Source: an uncultured Candidatus Poseidoniales archaeon (GTDB lineage: Archaea > Thermoplasmatota > Poseidoniia > Poseidoniales > Thalassarchaeaceae). Taken from it: a stretch of DNA of 64,000 nucleotides. The position numbers were made by a program, and so were the translations under genes. Positions 29,224 to 36,947 of the stretch are shown here, in pieces; within the stretch, counting starts at the first letter, position 1; the number at the start of each line of letters is the position of its first letter. A model generated the notes under the pieces. The model did not search any database. It was given only the letters and a program-made list of their open reading frames with translations, and was not told the DNA's origin. The stretch covers positions 81,399 to 145,398 of the forward strand of contig CAWVWT010000002.1 of the NCBI GenBank assembly GCA_963934015.1, in the 5' to 3' direction.

Positions 29224-30963
29224 TTACGATATCCGAACCATCTGGAAATCGGTCAAATCACGCAACACCTGCATCCCCGGTGTTTCCGGTAATAGTTTCA
29301 GGCAATCATGAGCAGCGGCGTGGAAACTCATTGCCTTATCATGTGCATATTGAATTGAACCGGAACCACGTAGTTCAGCTACAACGGTATCTAATACTTC
29401 ACGATCAGTTTCCTCGATGCCTGAACCAAATACTTCTGAAAAATTCTGCAATGAACCTTGATTTTGCCGTAAAGCGTGGATTGCAATCAGGGTTTGCTTA
29501 CCTTCAATGATGTCACTACAAGCGGGTTTACCAAGTGTTTCACTATCCCCGGTTGCATCGATCAAATCATCCATCAATTGGAAACACAATCCAACATTTT
29601 CACCCCACTCAGACATGATATCAACGGTGCCTTTTGAGGCACCAGATAACAGCGCACCAGTACGTGCACAAGTGGTGAACATTGCTGCTGTTTTACCACT
29701 AATCATATGTAGATATTCATCTTCACTAACTTCATTCTGTTCTTCGAACGACATGTCTTGTTGCTGGCCCTCACTAACTCGGCGCACCATACTACCTATG
29801 ATGCGTACCAAATCACGGAAATGCACATCATCAAAATGTTGAGATTCAGCAAGTACTTCGAAGGCAACAGCTAACATTGCATCCCCTGCATTGATTGCAG
29901 TTGGATGATCGAACGCCACATGAACCGCTGGCCGCCCCCGGCGCACAGAATCATTGTCCATAATGTCGTCATGGACTAATGTGAAATTATGAATAATCTC
30001 AATAGATGCCCCTAAATCATACAATCCATCATTTGGTTTACCAACTGCATTTGCCACCAGCCATGGTAAAATTGCTCGCAGTCGCTTACCACCTCCCTCA
30101 ATCAAATGTTTCATGGCTGAGCCGAGGCGCTCGTTTTCAGATTTTGATAACGCATTAATCACTCGCGTTTCTACTGCGTCCTTGTGAGATTTAAGAGCCG
30201 TCATGACACCAATTTTTGAAGAATCAATCGAATTGCTAGTAGTCATGCTCACATCACCGAAATTGTGTATCTTTTGGTCTGCGTGGGCCGGCAGGCCGTC
30301 AAGGTTGCCCCACCACGTAGGCAGAATATTTTCAGCAATAAGCCTGAACCACGGTGCAATTACACCGGAGCGAGATGTACTATCAGAAACCCATTCTTCT
30401 AATTCTGATTTTCCTATCCAACAAACATCTGAAATTTCATTTGGATTAACATCCATTTGCATTGCATTGGGTGCACGGGCAAATAAGATGTGATCTAGTT
30501 CATGTTCAACCCAAACATTGTCTGCTCTGGCCCTGTAGATCATTCGTGTGATAAGATGGATATCATCCGGTTGTATTGTTTCTACCGGTATACCCAATTC
30601 TTGTTCCATTTTTCGGATGGCAGCAATTTTTGAACCTGCACCCAGTGGCATTACATCCATCTCAGCAGGAACATGGAGTGGGTGGCTGCAGACCGTATTT
30701 GCCCAAATATCAGGGAATGTAATTTTGTGAGATGCACGCTTCTGTATTAACAATCTGTCATTCTCATCGAAAATTAGAATTGAAAATGCTCGATGTAATA
30801 CGCCTTCACCACGATGTGCATCGACTTTGCTCATTGAGCCGAGAACCCGGTCTTGTTGGTCAACCAAAATGACTCTCTCAGACATCATATCTACTTGTTC
30901 GGTATCATACCCTTCAACGCGCAACTCGTTTTGGGCGTCCGATTGTATGTCTTCCACATACAT
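29224..30963 (-). CDS. Fusion protein: type-1 isopentenyl-diphosphate isomerase (N) + polyprenyl (GGPP-type) diphosphate synthase (C)
   Basis: N-half: IDI-1/Nudix-like HRAFSILIF, WANTVCSHP, VEHELDHILF. C-half: first Asp-rich motif LVHDDIMDND and second FQLMDDLID. Confidence 0.85.
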   Translation of the reverse strand: MYVEDIQSDAQNELRVEGYDTEQVDMMSERVILVDQQDRVLGSMSKVDAHRGEGVLHRAFSILIFDENDRLLIQKRASHKITFPDIWANTVCSHPLHVPAEMDVMPLGAGSKIAAIRKMEQELGIPVETIQPDDIHLITRMIYRARADNVWVEHELDHILFARAPNAMQMDVNPNEISDVCWIGKSELEEWVSDSTSRSGVIAPWFRLIAENILPTWWGNLDGLPAHADQKIHNFGDVSMTTSNSIDSSKIGVMTALKSHKDAVETRVINALSKSENERLGSAMKHLIEGGGKRLRAILPWLVANAVGKPNDGLYDLGASIEIIHNFTLVHDDIMDNDSVRRGRPAVHVAFDHPTAINAGDAMLAVAFEVLAESQHFDDVHFRDLVRIIGSMVRRVSEGQQQDMSFEEQNEVSEDEYLHMISGKTAAMFTTCARTGALLSGASKGTVDIMSEWGENVGLCFQLMDDLIDATGDSETLGKPACSDIIEGKQTLIAIHALRQNQGSLQNFSEVFGSGIEETDREVLDTVVAELRGSGSIQYAHDKAMSFHAAAHDCLKLLPETPGMQVLRDLTDFQMVRIS

Positions 30964-31005
30964 TGCAGGTAGATACGTCTCATGAAGACGTCGGTTCGGA
31001 TTTTT

Positions 31006-31773
31006 CTACTCATCGACGATTCTTGTACCAATAGTATGGCCATTCTGGATGATTTCATGGATTCGCTCAGTTTGTGTACCATCGACGAACCAAACATGTT
31101 CGACATGTTTCGATATCATAGTAGCCCGTTCAGCTTTGAGGAAAATTCCACCTGTAACATCAATTTCTTCAGAATGTTGCCCTTTAAAATGCATCTTGCT
31201 ATGCCATATTGGTATCAATTCACCTTCCGGTCCAGGTTTTGTCATCAGCCCGGGTGTTTCCCCCATGGCAAAAATGACATGAGTCACATCCGGTAACTCT
31301 AGGCTCAATCGCAGCATCAAATCATCCCCTGATAAAATACCAAAATATTTGGGTGGTTCACAATCTACGACATCGCCAAATGTAATATGAATGCCAGGGT
31401 CGAGAAATTGGCTTAGGTCTCCGATAAATGATGGCCCCGTATTTAGCACAAAATTCCGAGGTGCATGACTTGCGATAGGTACTGCCCTAAGGGGCGCGAT
31501 GACGAGTTGGTGTAGAGCATCCATATCGCTGCGAACTTGCTTTATTGCTTCGTTTTGGTCTATGCCCACAACCGCACCCTCTGCTAATCGGAATTTACGT
31601 GCACGAATATGACCAAACGAACCTGCTCCATGGACAACAACCACATCATGACCCTGGTCGACCAATTGAATTACGCAGTCTGCCAATGCAAGTATTCGAT
31701 CAGTATAGGGCTTGCAGAGGGTCGATTTATCGGAAATCAAACCCCCACCCCATTTCATGATAATGCGGCCCAT
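31006..31773 (-). CDS. Isopentenyl phosphate kinase (amino-acid-kinase fold)
   Basis: MKWGGGLISDK and VVVHGAGSFGH motifs characteristic of IPK. Confidence 0.8.
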   Translation of the reverse strand: MGRIIMKWGGGLISDKSTLCKPYTDRILALADCVIQLVDQGHDVVVVHGAGSFGHIRARKFRLAEGAVVGIDQNEAIKQVRSDMDALHQLVIAPLRAVPIASHAPRNFVLNTGPSFIGDLSQFLDPGIHITFGDVVDCEPPKYFGILSGDDLMLRLSLELPDVTHVIFAMGETPGLMTKPGPEGELIPIWHSKMHFKGQHSEEIDVTGGIFLKAERATMISKHVEHVWFVDGTQTERIHEIIQNGHTIGTRIVDE

Positions 31774-31847
31774 AAAGCCTCTAGGGGGTCACCATTCAAA
31801 GCGATAGCGTCGCTTCATTCATCTAGGAGCCCGATGTTCACCAAAAC

Positions 31848-32174
31848 ATGGGCAAGCCAACTTTAGAGGAATTTCGTCGGTGGTTACAATCCGAAATTAT
31901 GGAAATCGAAGCGCTTGACGGTGGTCCAAATGTGGATAAACGGTTGATCCAATTGGAAATGGCACTGCAAGAAGCAATGGCTTTCAGTGCCGCATGGGAA
32001 TTACGCATGGAATCATCAGTCACGCCCGTCATTCAGGAAAAGGCAGTACGGCTATTATCTGCGAGCCCCGATACCATTAGTAGTTCAGATGGACCTAAGG
32101 GGATCTGCACTGCTTGTGAAACTGAAATCGATGAAGATTTACCTTTTTGCCCCACATGCGGAGAAAACAGATAG
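31848..32174 (+). CDS. Small protein with C-terminal zinc ribbon (hypothetical)
   Basis: ATG start; CTAC..x11..CPTCG at the C-terminus. The stop directly abuts the kptA stop. Confidence 0.45.
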   Translation: MGKPTLEEFRRWLQSEIMEIEALDGGPNVDKRLIQLEMALQEAMAFSAAWELRMESSVTPVIQEKAVRLLSASPDTISSSDGPKGICTACETEIDEDLPFCPTCGENR

Positions 32175-32909
32175 TTACTCTTCTTCCGCCGCCGCCGCCG
32201 CTTCTTCGTGTTCCCATTCTGAAATACGTTCCAGTATTTCGGGGTGGTCCGAATCAACAGTGGCACAATATCGCGCTTCGACTTCTTCCGTCAGATAGAC
32301 AGTTGTACCTGCATGGTATATCGTATCGCCATTAGCTTCCATTTGAATGCAATCAACTTCGATAATCACTGGACGGTGGTGGTGTACATGCCCAGCATTT
32401 GCTGCAGCAGTAACGGTTTTTGAAAGATGGACATGTTTCCGGTCGCCTGGCTTAATTCCATGTTCTAAAAGATGTGCTTCGCCATCAATTGCACATGGGA
32501 AGTACAACAAGTTGGGGGTATCATCAGTTGGTAGATCAAGTTCGATTTCCACGGTATGCGCGTATGTAGCTCGAACCATGTCGCCACGAACATCGTAACG
32601 GCCCTTTGTACATGTTTCACTCACAGCACGAATGTGGTGAGGACGCAGCCAATGCATTCGTCGATCACGCTTGGTCAGTGCTTCAACCATTTCTCTAATA
32701 TCGACCCAACCATTCAAATCCATTTCCAAGTCAAACTTTTCGGGGAAATGGCGCAATATACCGGCCATCCGACGCCCTAAAATGTCACGTTCGCGGTCGC
32801 TCATAATGAATTTTCCTTCATCATTACATGATGGGCAATTCTCTCCATCGAAGAATCCGTGGGACTTACAATCTCTAATCATCGAGCCGGCGACTGGCCT
32901 TACCTTCAT
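32175..32909 (-). CDS. kptA: RNA 2'-phosphotransferase Tpt1/KptA with N-terminal Cys cluster
   Basis: ILRHFPEKF..LNGWVDI, VRATYAHT and RKHVHLS motifs match Tpt1. Extra N-terminal CKSHG..CPSC and C-terminal EEAAAAAEEE tail. Confidence 0.8.
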   Translation of the reverse strand: MKVRPVAGSMIRDCKSHGFFDGENCPSCNDEGKFIMSDRERDILGRRMAGILRHFPEKFDLEMDLNGWVDIREMVEALTKRDRRMHWLRPHHIRAVSETCTKGRYDVRGDMVRATYAHTVEIELDLPTDDTPNLLYFPCAIDGEAHLLEHGIKPGDRKHVHLSKTVTAAANAGHVHHHRPVIIEVDCIQMEANGDTIYHAGTTVYLTEEVEARYCATVDSDHPEILERISEWEHEEAAAAAEEE

Positions 32910-32967
32910 AATTCGTTCTGTGCCTCTCGGGCAAAATTCTCGTCAAGATTATGGGTATGTAATCATT

Positions 32968-32975
32968 GGAGGTGG
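32968..32975 (+). promoter_or_regulatory. Shine-Dalgarno-like GGAGGTGG upstream of the thiolase ATG
   Basis: Read directly; immediately upstream of the ATG at 32977. Confidence 0.45.
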
Positions 32976-32976
32976 C

Positions 32977-34107
32977 ATGCGAGCCGTAATTGGTGGCTAT
33001 ATTCGGACGCCTTTCCAGCGAGCGCATCGGGGAGCACTCAAAGATACAAGACCAGAAGACATGGTATCTTCCTGCATCCGACATACGGTTGCCCAATGCA
33101 ACCAAGGTGACCAAATTGAAGATGTCATGGTCGGCTGCGCCTATCCTGAAGGGGAACAAGGGCTCAATATCGGCCGTATTTCCACATATATGGCTGGACT
33201 TCCAGACACCGTACCAGGTATGACAACAAATCGTTTGTGTGGATCGTCCATGCAAGTCATTCACACAGCAGCAGGTTCTATCGCCATGGGTTCGGGTCAA
33301 GTGTTCATATGCGCAGGTGTCGAATCAATGTCTCGTGTAATGCGAGGTGGATTCAATCGCTCCCCACATCCTAATCTAGAACAATCATATCCTGAGGCCT
33401 ATATTGGAATGGGTATGACGGCTGAAAATTTAGCATTAAGCCATGATATTACTCGCAAAGCACAAGAAGAATTTGCAGCCATTAGTCATTCGAAAGCAAT
33501 TTCCGCCCAGAGGGTCGGTCATTTCAAGGATGAAATCATTCCAGTTGATGGTACTGATTGCCAATTAGACGGATGCATACGTGAGCCCAATCTGGAAAAA
33601 ATGGCTAATTTGAAGCCTGCTTTCATCGAAAATGGTAGTGTCACGGCTGCGACTAGTTCACCACTCACTGATGGTGCCGCAAGTGTCTTCGTTTGCTCTG
33701 ATATATTTGCCATGGAACATAATATCAAGCCCCTAGCCACAATCGTCGCAACCGCTGTAGCTGGTGTTTCACCTGGGATCATGGGTTACGGACCAGTACC
33801 AGCGGCAAACAAAGCCCTATCTCGGGCAGGTTTGTCTTTGGATGATATCGATATTATCGAAATGAATGAAGCCTTTAGCGCACAATCCTTGGCATGCATG
33901 AAAGATATGGAACTAGACATGGATGATTCTAGGATTAATGTTGACGGGGGCGCTTTGGCAATCGGCCATCCACTAGGGGCGAGTGGTTGCCGAATCACTG
34001 GTAAATCTGCTAGTTTATTGCAAAGAACTGGCGGGCAGTATGCGCTTGCGACCATGTGCATTGGTGGCGGCATGGGTATCGCAACAGTGCTTGAGAGATG
34101 GAATTGA
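32977..34107 (+). CDS. Acetyl-CoA C-acetyltransferase (thiolase II, bacterial-like)
   Basis: Active-site NRLCGSSMQ, C-terminal NVDGGALAIGHPLGASG and CIGGGMG motifs. ATG at 32977 chosen because the longer ORF overlaps kptA. Confidence 0.88.
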   Translation: MRAVIGGYIRTPFQRAHRGALKDTRPEDMVSSCIRHTVAQCNQGDQIEDVMVGCAYPEGEQGLNIGRISTYMAGLPDTVPGMTTNRLCGSSMQVIHTAAGSIAMGSGQVFICAGVESMSRVMRGGFNRSPHPNLEQSYPEAYIGMGMTAENLALSHDITRKAQEEFAAISHSKAISAQRVGHFKDEIIPVDGTDCQLDGCIREPNLEKMANLKPAFIENGSVTAATSSPLTDGAASVFVCSDIFAMEHNIKPLATIVATAVAGVSPGIMGYGPVPAANKALSRAGLSLDDIDIIEMNEAFSAQSLACMKDMELDMDDSRINVDGGALAIGHPLGASGCRITGKSASLLQRTGGQYALATMCIGGGMGIATVLERWN

Positions 34108-35156
34108 TTCACAATAGGCTGATATGTTGTAGTCAATGGCGCATCATGGGCTTCGGTATACGTGATGGACGCCGTCAAGCAAAGGAAAACTTGAGTTCCG
34201 ATGAAGAGGGTGACTGCCCACGGTGCAATGGCAGTGCCAATGCATCATCTATTCCTGGTTATCTCCAATGCGCTAGGTGTAAATATGAATGGCAAGATTC
34301 CGATGAGTTATCCTCAGATAAAGGGCCACGTGATTCTATTTCGCGTGATTCAGAGAAACTTGAAGATTTCAAACGTGAAATGTCTGCCGGTGAGGGACTT
34401 GCGCGTGTTTTAGGTGTCGAAGATGGATTGGATGCTGCTCAGAAAGAATCTATGGGGCGATTGCAGGACAAATGGATGAGTGGGATGCATGGGCAATACA
34501 ATGCTGCAGAGGATGAACGCAAACCACTAATGATCGCCTTTGACGATGATGATAATCTTCTCGAAACACAGGTTGGCGCCATTCATATATCGGACAATGT
34601 ATTTGATGGCGGGGAAGAAATTCGAATTGAGTACCCCGGAAGGGGAACTGAATTTTTTGTCATAAATGATGATGATGCTCTTGGATGGAAACGGGGCCGG
34701 ACATTGGAGGAAACTGCACGTAACATAGCGTCGATTATCAACCGCTCCAGTACACTTGTGCATGCATCAGCTGAAGGTACGACCGTGTCTATCGAATTAC
34801 GCGATATTAATCTTGATTCCAATAGTCTAGTAATTTACGTTGACGATCCTGGTGGCAAAAATATGACAGTCGAGCGCTTAGGGGTCATTCTAGATCCTGA
34901 TCAAATACAGGTGTATGAAGACTATCATCAAGTCATCAAGGTTGCATTGGCTGATGGAATCATCACACCAAGTGAAGATCAAATGCTTTGGGCAATGCGC
35001 CAAAATCTTGGCATAACAGATGAAGACCACGTTCGTATCATCCTTGACTTATTTGGCGACGATGCCGTCAAAGAATGTCCAGATTGTAGTGTCAATGTAC
35101 CTCTTTACATTGAGTATAATGCTTGGTGGTGCGAAGGTTGCCAGCAATGGGTTTGA
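34098..35156 (+). CDS. Acidic protein with N- and C-terminal zinc ribbons (hypothetical)
   Basis: CPRCNG..x14..CARC near the N-terminus, CPDC..x14..CEGC at the C-terminus, and DGIITPSEDQMLWAMRQNLGITDEDH (TerB-like helix pair). Start is ambiguous (34098 or 34146). Confidence 0.55.
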   Translation: MELIHNRLICCSQWRIMGFGIRDGRRQAKENLSSDEEGDCPRCNGSANASSIPGYLQCARCKYEWQDSDELSSDKGPRDSISRDSEKLEDFKREMSAGEGLARVLGVEDGLDAAQKESMGRLQDKWMSGMHGQYNAAEDERKPLMIAFDDDDNLLETQVGAIHISDNVFDGGEEIRIEYPGRGTEFFVINDDDALGWKRGRTLEETARNIASIINRSSTLVHASAEGTTVSIELRDINLDSNSLVIYVDDPGGKNMTVERLGVILDPDQIQVYEDYHQVIKVALADGIITPSEDQMLWAMRQNLGITDEDHVRIILDLFGDDAVKECPDCSVNVPLYIEYNAWWCEGCQQWV

Positions 35157-35242
35157 GGATCGAATCCAGAGTGGGAATGGAACAACAAGTTGGGTATGGT
35201 TGAAATACCGGGTGGACTCAGTCACCCCTAGAGGTCGTAGAC

Positions 35243-36268
35243 ATGACAGATGAGACACTTTACATTGGAGTAGACTTGGGGACATTTCGTTCAGTAATGG
35301 TATCCAGTGATGGACACGACGAAAAGGTGCTAACTGTTATTGGTACGCCAAAAGATCAAATTGCTAAGGGTTTCCTCAAGCGCGATGTTCTATTTGGTGA
35401 AGAAGCACTCAAAAACCGCCTCGCCCTCAACTTATTTCGTCCACTGGAACACGGTGTCATCAAAGATACTGCCGAAGACAAAAAATTCATTGCCCATTTC
35501 ATTACGAATATCATTGGGCTGGGAGATCCTGAAGATTACAACCGGGTAGTTGCCGTTATCGGCGCACCAGCTGAAGCTAGTCACGTAGACAAAACTGCTA
35601 TTTTCGATGCTGCTGCAGGCAGTGTGAATGCCTGTATGATTATATCTGAACCATTTGCTGTTGCTTACGCTCTCGATAAGATAGAGCATACGCTAGTCAT
35701 CGATATTGGTGCCGGCACCACTGATCTTTGTCGTGTTTACGGCACCGTGCCTACGCCTAATGACCAAATGCACCTCAATTTCGCTGGTGACCACATCGAC
35801 GCTCAAATCATAGCCGAAATTCAGCGTAAGTATGCCGGTGCTCAAGTCACCAAGGATATGGCACGTCGATGGAAGGAATCTCATTCCTTTGTCGGCGGAG
35901 CAGCACCAGATGACCCCGTAATTGTGGATTTTTCGATAGAAGGCAAGGCAATGTCTCTGGATATCACAGATTGCATCAGTGCAGCATGTGAAACCATTGT
36001 GGAACCAATCGTAGCTAGTGTCAAGGAATTGGTTGCAGGCTCCAATCCGGAATATCATGATGCATTCCGCCGGAATGTGATTCTCGCTGGTGGAGGGTCT
36101 GGAATCATTGGGCTTGGCGATATGATTGAAGAACGACTATCCGATCTTGGTGATGTCGAAGTTCTCACTGTTGAAGACCCATTGGAACTAGGTGCTATGG
36201 GTGGACTCAGATTGGCAATGGAAGTTCCTGAAGATATGTGGAAGAATCTAACTCTTGCACACCGCTAA
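35243..36268 (+). CDS. Actin-fold ATPase, MamK-like
   Basis: Phosphate-1 IGVDLGTFRS, connect-1 AVIGAPA, phosphate-2 LVIDIGAGTTDLC, adenosine VILAGGGSGIIGL, connect-2 EDPLELGAMGGLRLA. GAGGT SD 8 nt upstream of the ATG. Confidence 0.85.
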   Translation: MTDETLYIGVDLGTFRSVMVSSDGHDEKVLTVIGTPKDQIAKGFLKRDVLFGEEALKNRLALNLFRPLEHGVIKDTAEDKKFIAHFITNIIGLGDPEDYNRVVAVIGAPAEASHVDKTAIFDAAAGSVNACMIISEPFAVAYALDKIEHTLVIDIGAGTTDLCRVYGTVPTPNDQMHLNFAGDHIDAQIIAEIQRKYAGAQVTKDMARRWKESHSFVGGAAPDDPVIVDFSIEGKAMSLDITDCISAACETIVEPIVASVKELVAGSNPEYHDAFRRNVILAGGGSGIIGLGDMIEERLSDLGDVEVLTVEDPLELGAMGGLRLAMEVPEDMWKNLTLAHR

Positions 36269-36859
36269 TTACTCTTCTTCACCATAGAGTGCAACGCTAC
36301 TTGCGCCCACTAACTGCATGTTGCATTTCGGACATTTTTCACTTTTATCCAGATTCAACGGTTGCACGGCCAACAAACTACGGCAATGTGGGCAAGATGC
36401 CAACACTTCGTCTGGCTGTAAAGCAATGTTCTGATTTAATGCTGGTGCATCACCATCATACCATGCCCTAAACATTGGGTGTTTAAGCAACCGGAGTCTT
36501 TGCGACATTGACCAGCATAAATACAACAAAAGGAATCCCTGTAAGAAGCCCCAGGCACCGCTAGAATCTTGACTAGCAGTCATAAATTCAACTATCATCA
36601 ATAAAAAACAGAGCCCGATTGCAATCATCCATATTGTCATGACCCACGGTAAAGCCCAACTATCTCTTTGAAAATATCCTCGAACAATCATGATGCAAAA
36701 CGGCAGTGGTAGCAATAATACGACTAAGATAGCCATACCCATAAATGCACCAAAGGATACGAAAAATAAGAAAGCGATTAGTGATAAAGTGAAAATCAAC
36801 ATCATGCCAGATTGACGGTGCGCAAGGGCCAACTGATCAACTTCTAACTCATCGCTCAT
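36269..36859 (-). CDS. 4-TM membrane protein with C-terminal zinc ribbon (hypothetical)
   Basis: ATG start. Four hydrophobic segments, then CPHC..x16..CPKC. The stop abuts the stop of the actin-like gene. Confidence 0.5.
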   Translation of the reverse strand: MSDELEVDQLALAHRQSGMMLIFTLSLIAFLFFVSFGAFMGMAILVVLLLPLPFCIMIVRGYFQRDSWALPWVMTIWMIAIGLCFLLMIVEFMTASQDSSGAWGFLQGFLLLYLCWSMSQRLRLLKHPMFRAWYDGDAPALNQNIALQPDEVLASCPHCRSLLAVQPLNLDKSEKCPKCNMQLVGASSVALYGEEE

Positions 36860-36947
36860 GCACCGCTCAATACGTACTCTGAAATCGTTCTTTCCATCGC
36901 AAATGCTCAGAGGATGGATTCATGAAGGCGGAGCGGGACCATCAATC

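Noticed and set aside
32671-32976. N-terminal 102-codon extension of the thiolase ORF as listed in the ORF track.
   Set aside because: The extension overlaps the kptA coding region on the other strand and has no thiolase similarity. A GGAGGTGG-ATG at 32977 gives a canonical thiolase N-terminus (MRAVIGGYIRTPF).
36858-36947. The ATG at 36858 as the coaBC start. It would overlap, head-to-head, the start codon of the divergent membrane-protein gene.
   Set aside because: The first 30 residues have no CoaBC similarity. The conserved flavoprotein fold begins just after the ATG at 36948, which also leaves a short divergent promoter region.
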